From positions 1 through 64,000 of the IMG/VR virus record IMGVR_UViG_3300045988_136686: DNA of 64,000 nt, one strand, 5' to 3'. The DNA is from a virus. This document shows positions 25,876 to 33,739 of this stretch, one piece after another. Both the position numbers and the translations under genes were made by a program. Below the pieces are notes generated by a model. That model saw nothing but the letters and a program-made list of their open reading frames with translations, ran no database searches and had not been told where the DNA came from. Position 1 is the first letter of the stretch. Each line of letters starts with the position of its first letter.

Positions 25876-26594
25876 TCGATTTTAATGGTTGTAATATAGC
25901 CATATTCTATACTTCTATTTTTCAAGGCATCTTCCTTAGTTAAATAAGCACAACAAACTGTATCCTCGAAATCTTTATAGATATTAATCCACCCCTCTTT
26001 CTTTTCGGGGAGCATCATGAGGTCTCTTTCAGTTCCAACATTACATTTTCCATCTTTGTTGTAATAGAATATAGCTTCACATCCTTTATCTTCCAATAAT
26101 GCTATAATTGGATAATTACCTTTGTTAATAGTATCAAAGCAAATAATCCTTGCCTTTCTACCATCACGAGTACATACAGGTTTACCGGCTTTGGCTGCTT
26201 CGAAGTCAAAGGGTTTTAGATTCAATTTCTTTTCTTCCATATTTTCTAATTTTAATTCGGTTTCTACTAAAAATGAGTCTTTATCACAGGAGTCAAAATT
26301 ACATGCTTGCTCTTTAAACAAACAGTGCACACATGAGTATCCATCAATAGACCTCAATCTTTGAAGTACTTTACCCTCATAAACAAAAGGCTCTCCGACC
26401 TTTTCAAGTTTCTTGAAGATTACAGATTTACCATCTTTTCTATTGCTTGATAAACATTCTCCTCTTATCTTAAATGCATCAATACAATGAATATTATTCT
26501 GGACAGTTAAATTACAATTCTCACATCCAAAAGATTTTGTATGAATACACTGATACCATTCTCCGTTGTACTCAAATATTTCTCCTACTTTTCT
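25863..26594 (-). CDS. Cys-rich hypothetical protein. The frame is open 237 nt upstream of the TTG start given in the track.
   Basis: The track ORF 25863..26357 begins at TTG. My translation of 26594..26358 in the same frame has no stop and no ATG/GTG/TTG (RKVGEIFEYNGEWYQCIHTKSFGCENCNLTVQNNIHCIDAFKIRGECL...). It lies in the -1 frame relative to the DUF4406 gene. Confidence 0.4.
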   Translation of the reverse strand, partial: RKVGEIFEYNGEWYQCIHTKSFGCENCNLTVQNNIHCIDAFKIRGECLSSNRKDGKSVIFKKLEKVGEPFVYEGKVLQRLRSIDGYSCVHCLFKEQACNFDSCDKDSFLVETELKLENMEEKKLNLKPFDFEAAKAGKPVCTRDGRKARIICFDTINKGNYPIIALLEDKGCEAIFYYNKDGKCNVGTERDLMMLPEKKEGWINIYKDFEDTVCCAYLTKEDALKNRSIEYGYITTIKIEWEE

Positions 26595-26971
26595 TTACAT
26601 ATCTTACTGTATTTTAATCGTTCAAATTCTATTATCTCCTTATCCCATAGTTGGGCCACGAAATGTTCTAACTGGCATCCCTTGGATTTTTCCCAACCGG
26701 GGCAAAGGCATATCGCATCGCATTCCATTAGTGCCTTTATATCGTTTCCCAGAAGTTCATGATAGGGTTTGTCCAAATCGGGGTTTACATCGAAGTCTAT
26801 CGGTGTGACGACACGGTAACCTTCCCCTTCGAGGACTCCCGAAACGTATAGTATTTCACTTTCCACTTCATCGAAGTCCCTGCCGGTGATGGGTAGGGAG
26901 ATGTAGATTTTCTTTTTATTCATTTTCAATGATTGCTTTATAATATTATCTGTTATCTCCATTTCCGCCAA
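26585..26971 (-). CDS. DUF4406 (nucleoside 2-deoxyribosyltransferase-like) protein
   Basis: KIYISLPITGRDF ... LMECDAICLCPGWEKSKGCQLEHFVA pattern. Confidence 0.55.
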   Translation of the reverse strand: MAEMEITDNIIKQSLKMNKKKIYISLPITGRDFDEVESEILYVSGVLEGEGYRVVTPIDFDVNPDLDKPYHELLGNDIKALMECDAICLCPGWEKSKGCQLEHFVAQLWDKEIIEFERLKYSKICKEK

Positions 26972-27272
26972 TCACACCCCTTTGTTTCCGGGAAGCTAAT
27001 TTGGTATAGTTCATTTCTCCGATTTTTTCAAGCGTATATCCTAAGTCATGTGAGAGGGTAGCGATATACCAAAGCACATCGCCGAGTTCCTTTGCCAATT
27101 CGCATTTTATGCTTTCTGAGAAATCTCCGTTGTGGTCTCGTAGTACCTTTTTTACTTTATCCGATACTTCGCCGGCTTCTCCAGTCAGTCCGAGTGTCGG
27201 GTAAATTATGTTATATTCTCTCCGGTATTGAGCTGTTTCAAGTGCCTTTTTCTGATATTCATTCAGTGTCAT
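26946..27272 (-). CDS. MazG-like nucleotide pyrophosphohydrolase
   Basis: LNEYQKKALETA...LGLTGEAGEVSDKVKK...ELGDVLWYIATLSHDLG (EExxE/D metal-binding helices). Confidence 0.7.
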   Translation of the reverse strand: MTLNEYQKKALETAQYRREYNIIYPTLGLTGEAGEVSDKVKKVLRDHNGDFSESIKCELAKELGDVLWYIATLSHDLGYTLEKIGEMNYTKLASRKQRGVIGGNGDNR

Positions 27273-27572
27273 TTTTATTCTCCTTTTTAGTTATAATATT
27301 GATTATCTCATTATGTTTGGTATTAAATCTTTGATGTATGCCCTGCGAACTATATTTACATCACGTAAAAAGAGGAAAAGACCTTGTTCGTCCGTAATCA
27401 TATTTCATTTTAAATCGAATATCTTGCTTGAATCCCTAATAGAATCAATAGACATCTTGGCACTCATTTGCCCCATAAATTCAGCGAAATCCATCGCCCG
27501 ATCCCAACTAGACCATCTATGAGTAATCTCTACTAGTTCAAAGGCATTTAGTAATACCAATTTTTCATTTTT

Positions 27573-27941
27573 CTATCTCAGGTCATTTACCGCATTTCTT
27601 ACTCTGTGATAAAATTTGTCATTATATCTTTTTGCGTTATATGGTTCCGCACCTTCTCTTGGTTCAATACTACGATATTTAACCGAAAACGAAGGAAGTT
27701 TATCTTCGCACATTGCATTATATACATCACTCTCCACCGGGCCATATGGCACAGCATAGAAATTATCGAATATGTCTAAAAGGTCATCGCCTCCATCTTT
27801 CTTAGGAGCAGCAGCCAAAAACAGCAGCTTCATGGCTGTAAGTTTAGGAAACGGCTTGCCCTTAATCGTTTCATGATTATCCCGCCACTCTTCAAAAAGG
27901 TGGAGCATATAATCAAATGCCTCTATTTTATCTACTTCCAT
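27573..27941 (-). CDS. Panacea (DUF4065)-like domain protein
   Basis: KLTAMKLLFLAAAP...FYAVPYGPVESDVYNAM resembles the KLqKLLY...W.yGPV..vY core. Confidence 0.4.
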   Translation of the reverse strand: MEVDKIEAFDYMLHLFEEWRDNHETIKGKPFPKLTAMKLLFLAAAPKKDGGDDLLDIFDNFYAVPYGPVESDVYNAMCEDKLPSFSVKYRSIEPREGAEPYNAKRYNDKFYHRVRNAVNDLR

Positions 27942-27945
27942 AATT

Positions 27946-28674
27946 TCACTTTACCAATTCAAAATCATACACAAATACATAGGGGTTTCTCTCCCATGTG
28001 CCTTTACCGCTTACTTTATCAATTAGAATTTCGTAGGCATCTTGCGGCGTACAATAAGGTTGTATATCATTTGGAACATAGTATGCGTCCATAAAATGAG
28101 TATCTGCACTACCACATTGCCCCTTTATTATTCCCTCTTTCAAACAATCTTCATCTGAAATATCTTGTAACCGTTCAACACGTACATTGGTTATGCGGAT
28201 TTGGTGTGGCATTAGCTCCGGCTTCACATACATTTTATTTGTCCAGCCTGCACCGTTTGGGAATAAATTAGGATTGCACTCATCATTGTAAAAGGAATTG
28301 TAGCTTTGAGCGACGGCTACGATTTCACCTACTTTATACGGGAGTCGGAATATGCTACCACCTTCCAGCTTTGCTCCATAACCACAGAACTCACAATAAA
28401 CACTACCATCTTCGTTGACAACCAAACTCATGGGTTTGTCCTTCCAATATGCTGATTTATAAAAACGATGTACCGTAGAACAGTCCTCCGGTTGTGGATT
28501 CATTATCCGCCTTGTCTGAGTTTTTATACCTTCAAGTACGGCTTGTGTGAGTCCGTTTGCGAAATCGCAACGTTGGTTGTCGATGACTTCTCTTTTGTAA
28601 TCAGACAGATAATTTTCTGTATAATTCTTTTTCATGTACTCATCGAAACTCTTTTCAATTGTTTTTTCGTTCAT
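27946..28674 (-). CDS. hypothetical protein, possible ASCH-like domain
   Basis: QAVLEGIKTQTRRIM resembles the ASCH-type G-x-K-T-x-T/E-x-R segment. Weak. Confidence 0.3.
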   Translation of the reverse strand: MNEKTIEKSFDEYMKKNYTENYLSDYKREVIDNQRCDFANGLTQAVLEGIKTQTRRIMNPQPEDCSTVHRFYKSAYWKDKPMSLVVNEDGSVYCEFCGYGAKLEGGSIFRLPYKVGEIVAVAQSYNSFYNDECNPNLFPNGAGWTNKMYVKPELMPHQIRITNVRVERLQDISDEDCLKEGIIKGQCGSADTHFMDAYYVPNDIQPYCTPQDAYEILIDKVSGKGTWERNPYVFVYDFELVK

Positions 28675-28729
28675 TGCTCTCCTCCTTTCATAAGTTCGAT
28701 TTCTCTCATATCTGTATGATTTTTATAAT

Positions 28730-29485
28730 TTATTGAAATAAACTGACTTGTATTCTTTTCAAGACCTTTTCATTTGCGTCGTTATAGAACTGTTTGTTGA
28801 CCTCGAAGCCATATGCCTTTCTTCCCAATGAGGCTGCCGCATACAGGGTTGTGCCGCTTCCTGCGCACGGGTCGATGACAACATCGCCCTTGTCCGTGAA
28901 TATCTCTATCAACCGTTTGAGGAGCGGGACAGGTTTCTGGCAAGGGTGGCATTTGGGCGTGGTGTTGTCCCTCACCCAGTCGAAGCAGTTGAAAATCATT
29001 CTCCCGTTGTTGTTGAATTTGGGCAACTTGTCCCGATAAAGGATAAGACCGTATTCGCAGTTGCCGACGACCTTCATGTTTGCTTTCAACACTTGCGCAG
29101 AGAAGTCCTTGCGGAAAACCAGCGGTATGTAGTGATTTAACCCGTATTTGCGGCCTAACTCTATGAATTTGAACTGCTGTTCGTACTCGCAGAACAGTAT
29201 CATGCAGGGGGATTTGCCGGCTTCTTTCGGCTCTTTCACGAGCATTTTTGAACAGAAGTGCATGAACTCGGCCGGACGAAACTCGCTGTCGGACGAGAAG
29301 AATTGTTTGCCTGCCAATGCGCTCTCGCCGTTCTTGTTGTCTCCGTCGATATACCATGCGGGGTTGCTGGCGTAGGCGTTATTCGCCAAATTATACGGCA
29401 CATCTGCTATAATCAGCTGCGCTTTTGGCAGACCATAGACTTTATAATTCTGGAATGAGTCGTTGTAAAGCTCTATGTCTTTCAT
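28730..29485 (-). CDS. DNA N6-adenine / N4-cytosine methyltransferase (beta class)
   Basis: Motif IV IIADVPYNL comes before motif I VVIDPCAGSGTT. The gene is visibly GC-richer than its flanks. Confidence 0.85.
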   Translation of the reverse strand: MKDIELYNDSFQNYKVYGLPKAQLIIADVPYNLANNAYASNPAWYIDGDNKNGESALAGKQFFSSDSEFRPAEFMHFCSKMLVKEPKEAGKSPCMILFCEYEQQFKFIELGRKYGLNHYIPLVFRKDFSAQVLKANMKVVGNCEYGLILYRDKLPKFNNNGRMIFNCFDWVRDNTTPKCHPCQKPVPLLKRLIEIFTDKGDVVIDPCAGSGTTLYAAASLGRKAYGFEVNKQFYNDANEKVLKRIQVSLFQ

Positions 29486-29608
29486 ACTTAACTTTCCTTT
29501 TTGCTGTAATTCTCAATTTGTTTTAATAATTTGGACAGTACACGGCAGTCTCGAATAGTCTTACCCGTAGCCTAATTACTGTATGATCTACATCTAACAA
29601 CCCTATCC

Positions 29609-29911
29609 TCATAAGTCACTGAGATTAAAAGTTTTTATTTCCTCCTCGGTGAACCAATATTTGACTTTGAGAGGCCTTATGCTGTAAAGCATTTCGTCGT
29701 AGCTATTCCTATTGTATATCTCGTCTAATCGGCTATATAGTTGCTTAGCTCTGTCTATGTCTTCATAGATAACTCGCTGAACTTCTTCATTGGAACAGTT
29801 GATAATATGCTTCGAGAAAACATATACTCGGTCATTCCTTATGTCAAGATAAATAAATATTACAAGCGTAATAAAAAGAATGGCTAATCCCGCTATCAAT
29901 GTTATTTCCAT
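29609..29911 (-). CDS. small membrane protein
   Basis: N-terminal TM: MEITLIAGLAILFITLVIFIYL. Confidence 0.5.
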   Translation of the reverse strand: MEITLIAGLAILFITLVIFIYLDIRNDRVYVFSKHIINCSNEEVQRVIYEDIDRAKQLYSRLDEIYNRNSYDEMLYSIRPLKVKYWFTEEEIKTFNLSDL

Positions 29912-29926
29912 GTCATTTCTCCTTTC

Positions 29927-30571
29927 TTAATTTTGCTTCAAATCATTCATTTCATATCCCATGTTAAACAGCCATTTGAGCTCTTCCCATTCCTCGAAGG
30001 TGAGGCTGGTGGTTCTGCTTCGTTCCCATTCCCGTTCCTTTTCCTCCTGCCTTTTTTTGTCCTCATAGAACCGCAATAGTTTCTCTCTGTCGGCTCTGAA
30101 CTCTCGAAGAGACCTTGTTATCACCATAGGGTCGAAAACTCCGTAGAACGTACCGTAAAGCCCCTGTTTGAACCGCTGGAAGAATACCATGAACTCGGTA
30201 AGTTTGAAATCGCCATAGCCGGAGATGATGATACGGGCTATCTCCTCGTATTCCTTTTCCGTCATTCCGTCCTTGCGGACTCCCGAAAATTCGGCGAGGT
30301 CGAGAAGCTGTATTTCCAGCCACGACTCGGCGATGTGACTGCCGAACGTCCTCGATACACGGGCTATGCTCGGAGCTTTGCCGATAAAGCATCGTTCGAG
30401 GCTCTGGCAATAGCGGCCTTGATTGTCGGGGCTAAAAAGGCAGAGCAGATTCTCCCCCGTCTTGTAGGTTGCCAGTATCTCCCGTTGCCAGCTTGGTGGC
30501 GATGGCTTTTGCAAACTCTTCAACTCGCTCCTGTTTAGTCTTTCCGGTAGCAGCTCTTCTATTTTTTTCAT
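29927..30571 (-). CDS. hypothetical replication-module protein
   Basis: 214-aa ORF overlapping the upstream gene by 140 nt. No motif. Confidence 0.45.
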   Translation of the reverse strand: MKKIEELLPERLNRSELKSLQKPSPPSWQREILATYKTGENLLCLFSPDNQGRYCQSLERCFIGKAPSIARVSRTFGSHIAESWLEIQLLDLAEFSGVRKDGMTEKEYEEIARIIISGYGDFKLTEFMVFFQRFKQGLYGTFYGVFDPMVITRSLREFRADREKLLRFYEDKKRQEEKEREWERSRTTSLTFEEWEELKWLFNMGYEMNDLKQN

Positions 30572-31301
30572 ACTTTTTCTCGTTGTTTGCCCATGTGGCG
30601 AGCCGCTTGGAGAGCTCCCATGTGGGCTGTTTCTCGAATCTCATTTTCGTTTGGGAGGCGTTCATCTCCGACCAATAGTCGAAGAATGCCCGAAGCATTT
30701 CTTTCCCGTACTTGTCGGCATAAGGGATAAGGGAATGATAAAAGGCTTCTTTTCTTTCGTGCGTGGCGGCGGACGCCGCTTTTTTCTTTATACTCTCGTT
30801 AGAGAGTATTTCTTTTTTTTCTTTTTCTTTTATTTTCTTTTGTGGTATTTTCTCAGAGTTTATAGGCATTTCTTCGGAAGAAATAGGCATTTCCTCGGAG
30901 GAAATATGTTTTTCCTCGGAAGAAATAAGGGAATATTCGACAAAATCGCATTTCCGATTGATCTGTTTGCAAATGTCCCTGTATCGTTCCTGTATTCCTT
31001 TCGATGACAACACATGTTCCATTTCAAATAATTCTTTGGAAAATAACCCCAGTGCCAGACAGCTCTTAATCACTTCTGATATATATGCCTCTTCAAACCC
31101 GGTCTGTTCCGAAATAATGAAGGGCAACTCTTCGTCCCACATCATGTAGTACCCACCCTTGTAGATAAGACATAGCAGGAGAGCATATACCGTCATAGCT
31201 TTACCGCCTTGATACTTGATTAACTTTCGTATTCTTATATCTTGAAATGTGTCTATGTCAAAAGGAAAATAGTCCAATCCCATTTTTCTATTTCGTCCCA
31301 T
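30432..31301 (-). CDS. DUF4373-type replisome organiser / replication initiator candidate
   Basis: MGLDYFPFDIDTFQDIRIRKLIKYQGGKAMTVYALLLCLIYKGGYY N-terminus. Contains an internal ISSEE heptad repeat. Confidence 0.55.
   Translation of the reverse strand: MGRNRKMGLDYFPFDIDTFQDIRIRKLIKYQGGKAMTVYALLLCLIYKGGYYMMWDEELPFIISEQTGFEEAYISEVIKSCLALGLFSKELFEMEHVLSSKGIQERYRDICKQINRKCDFVEYSLISSEEKHISSEEMPISSEEMPINSEKIPQKKIKEKEKKEILSNESIKKKAASAATHERKEAFYHSLIPYADKYGKEMLRAFFDYWSEMNASQTKMRFEKQPTWELSKRLATWANNEKKYEKNRRAATGKTKQERVEEFAKAIATKLATGDTGNLQDGGESALPF
30864..30926. repeat. three tandem 21-bp iteron-like repeats inside the organiser gene
   Basis: aggcatttcttcggaagaaat / aggcatttcctcggaggaaat / atgtttttcctcggaagaaat. 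Unit 1 contains a perfect 17-bp palindrome ATTTCTTCgGAAGAAAT. A degenerate fourth unit lies at 30843..30863. Confidence 0.7.
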
Positions 31302-31498
31302 GTATATTTAGTTCCTATTTTCTTTTTATAAACTCATGAATTTTACTCATAATATGACAATTTCCACTGACGTGAAACGGTTGGGAAACTGTAAGATTGT
31401 GCTCATAATTGTTCTTATTTATTACATGGTAAATTTAATATATTATTTACTTTTTGACAAATATAAACATCTGTAAATCAAATGATTAAACATTTTTT

Positions 31499-31708
31499 TT
31501 AATTTGTGGTTTCAGTGATTGAAAATGCCCACCCGTTCAGGGTCTTGTGCTTGTCAATCTCACCGGTTTTGCATAGCTCGTTTATCTCAGATTTGAGTGA
31601 CCGTATAACCACCGACTGTATTTCGGTAAAGCTCGCTATGGAGGGCTCCTTGTTATTCTTTTTCTTTTCCTCGATAATGGAGGATATAACTTGCTTGGCT
31701 ATAATCAT
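31499..31708 (-). CDS. hypothetical small protein
   Basis: 69-aa co-directional ORF. Confidence 0.4.
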   Translation of the reverse strand: MIIAKQVISSIIEEKKKNNKEPSIASFTEIQSVVIRSLKSEINELCKTGEIDKHKTLNGWAFSITETTN

Positions 31709-31721
31709 GGCTATTCTTGTT

Positions 31722-32423
31722 TTAACAATTCTGGGTTATGAGAATACAGCCGGCAGGTACTTGTGCCGGTAAACGTTTTTCAGATAGGTTATCATTTGGT
31801 CGTAGCTCTTGATAAAGCCCTCGTATAAGGTCGGCGACTTTTCTTTCCAGCTCGTACAATTCCCGCTGTTTCTTTTCTTCGCCGTATTGGTTGCGGATAT
31901 TCCTTTCATGCTCGTTGAACACAATCCAGTTCAACGCTTCGCCTACTTTCTGCATGGCTTGGGGCATGAAGTCTTTCCGAACGATCTTTGAAACGGCAGA
32001 GCCTAGTTTGTTGTAGGCATCGCCGGCTTCGTTGCGATACTTTATCATCTCGTCATAGACGAATTTCAACACCTTAACCTTAAACGACGGGTTAATCCAC
32101 ATTGCAAAATCGATGAACAGTAAGGGTGACATCCAAACAGCCCCTGCCTCTTTGCTCCCGTCTTTGTTAGTTCTCGATTTATTGATTATAAGTATTTGAT
32201 TTATAGGTTTTTCGGAATTCCGAATTTGATCGTCGTCATTTATAAGAGCTTTTATAAACTCTTTTGTCTTACTGTTTTCGAGATAGTGGTTAACATTTTT
32301 CTTGTGGTTGTTGCCTTCGTTCCACTGTTTCAACAATTCGGATGCACAGAAAAATCCGTCTTTGGTACGTTTGGTCACATCTATGTTACCCATTCGCCTT
32401 TTCATCAGTTGGTTCGTTTTCAT
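31722..32423 (-). CDS. KilA-N domain protein candidate
   Basis: N-terminal IDVTKRTKDGFFCASELLKQWNEGNNHKKNVNHYLENSKTKEFIKAL resembles KilA-N. Confidence 0.45.
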   Translation of the reverse strand: MKTNQLMKRRMGNIDVTKRTKDGFFCASELLKQWNEGNNHKKNVNHYLENSKTKEFIKALINDDDQIRNSEKPINQILIINKSRTNKDGSKEAGAVWMSPLLFIDFAMWINPSFKVKVLKFVYDEMIKYRNEAGDAYNKLGSAVSKIVRKDFMPQAMQKVGEALNWIVFNEHERNIRNQYGEEKKQRELYELERKVADLIRGLYQELRPNDNLSEKRLPAQVPAGCILITQNC

Positions 32424-32932
32424 AGCGTATTTTTATTTATTGATTTTTGATTGGATAAATTGCAAATACGAAATCCGTGTAGATTTTCGTTTTCTATGCA
32501 CCAGCATAACATCTCGTAGGCGGCATCGATAATATCTTCATGTTCGGCAGTGACATAAATGTCTTTATAACAAACCTGTACAAGTAAATCGAATGTGCAT
32601 TTTATCATTAAATGGCTTGCATACTCATCAATCATTTGTCTGGGCAACAAATCCAAAATATCCTGCAAAGTGAATGTGGGTGCGGTTTCTGCCTCCATAT
32701 TGTCAAATTTGTTTGGGACAATACCAAAAGCTAAACTCCAACAATTTTCCACCTCTTTCCCGTCAATTTTGGTAACTTTAACCCAACATGCACTTGCATA
32801 GTTTGTATTTAATCCAAGTTCTTGCAAGTGCTTCATCTGCTCTATTGATAATACTTGTTCGCTCATAATACTAAAATTTACATACCACAAGAAGGTGAAT
32901 TTATGATGTTTTCGTTGTGGCAATATGTGCAC
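32420..32932 (-). CDS. hypothetical protein (likely start MSEQVL at 32863)
   Basis: Co-directional ORF. No motif. Confidence 0.45.
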   Translation of the reverse strand: MHILPQRKHHKFTFLWYVNFSIMSEQVLSIEQMKHLQELGLNTNYASACWVKVTKIDGKEVENCWSLAFGIVPNKFDNMEAETAPTFTLQDILDLLPRQMIDEYASHLMIKCTFDLLVQVCYKDIYVTAEHEDIIDAAYEMLCWCIENENLHGFRICNLSNQKSINKNTL

Positions 32933-33126
32933 ATAGATGTCATTGGCGAATAAACTCTACCGCATTTAGGGCATATCCAGCCCTGCATACCGACAAATGT
33001 CTGAGCTTTTTCGAGTCTTGTCATCTCAATAGCTTTTAAGGCATCATCTTCTGAAACTCTACGGTATATATGCCCGCCTGCGCAATCTTCTACGCTTACC
33101 GATTTTAAAAATTCTTCTGCTGTCAT
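32878..33126 (-). CDS. small zinc-ribbon protein
   Basis: CPKCGRVYSPMTSMCTYCHNE (CxxC...CxxC). Confidence 0.45.
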   Translation of the reverse strand: MTAEEFLKSVSVEDCAGGHIYRRVSEDDALKAIEMTRLEKAQTFVGMQGWICPKCGRVYSPMTSMCTYCHNENIINSPSCGM

Positions 33127-33127
33127 A

Positions 33128-33739
33128 TCATTTGTTTATTTTAGATTCAACGACTTTGTATTTAATGGGCAATCCGGAGCAGGTGATGGCGAGCAGGGCA
33201 GAGTCCCTTTCTTCTTGGTTGCTGCGGGGGCTGTTAAACTCTATCCCGCTCATCTGGCACAACCGCTTCAATTCTTCATGGGTGATCTTGCCGTCTTTCC
33301 CTTGCCAGCACTTGCGCAATGGGGATTGCTCCATGACTTGTATTCCGTAATGCCTCAGCATTTCGACTATCTTGCGACCGGTCTCTTGGTTACGACCTAC
33401 ATGCTCGCCTTTCTTGGCTGCGCTCGCCCGTGTGTCTTTCGGTGACAAATGCCAGTTGGATTTGTTTTTCCAACCTGCCTCGACATATACCGCCACTCGT
33501 TCATCGTTTTTATTGCAGTGCTCATGAAGTTTTTTTATGCCCTCTACCAACAAGGGGAATGGGCAAACACTCATCTCCATTTTCATTTTCCTTGTGTCCA
33601 ATACGGAGTAGCCGCTACGCTCCACGTCGGGGTCTATCCCTATCAATACATCGTATTTGAGTTTTCTGTTGTATGTGGCCTGTTCTTCCATTATATTTTG
33701 TCTTTTTATCAGAAAAGTTTCTTTTGTATAGATTCGCAT
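33128..33739 (-). CDS. RuvC-like Holliday-junction resolvase candidate
   Basis: VLIGIDPDVERSGYSVLD resembles the RuvC/RNase-H-fold first acidic motif. Weak. Confidence 0.35.
   Translation of the reverse strand: MRIYTKETFLIKRQNIMEEQATYNRKLKYDVLIGIDPDVERSGYSVLDTRKMKMEMSVCPFPLLVEGIKKLHEHCNKNDERVAVYVEAGWKNKSNWHLSPKDTRASAAKKGEHVGRNQETGRKIVEMLRHYGIQVMEQSPLRKCWQGKDGKITHEELKRLCQMSGIEFNSPRSNQEERDSALLAITCSGLPIKYKVVESKINK

Noticed and set aside
28782-29357. 191-aa alternative-frame ORF and several plus-strand ORFs within the N6/N4 methyltransferase gene
   Set aside because: The methyltransferase frame carries motifs IV and I. The overlapping frames are Arg-rich artefacts of the high GC content.
30432-30571. 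140-nt overlap between the DUF4373 gene and the next ORF, as a possible frameshift site
   Set aside because: Both frames are open in a GC-rich patch and I found no slippery motif. The evidence is insufficient to distinguish a true overlap from an over-extended C-terminus.
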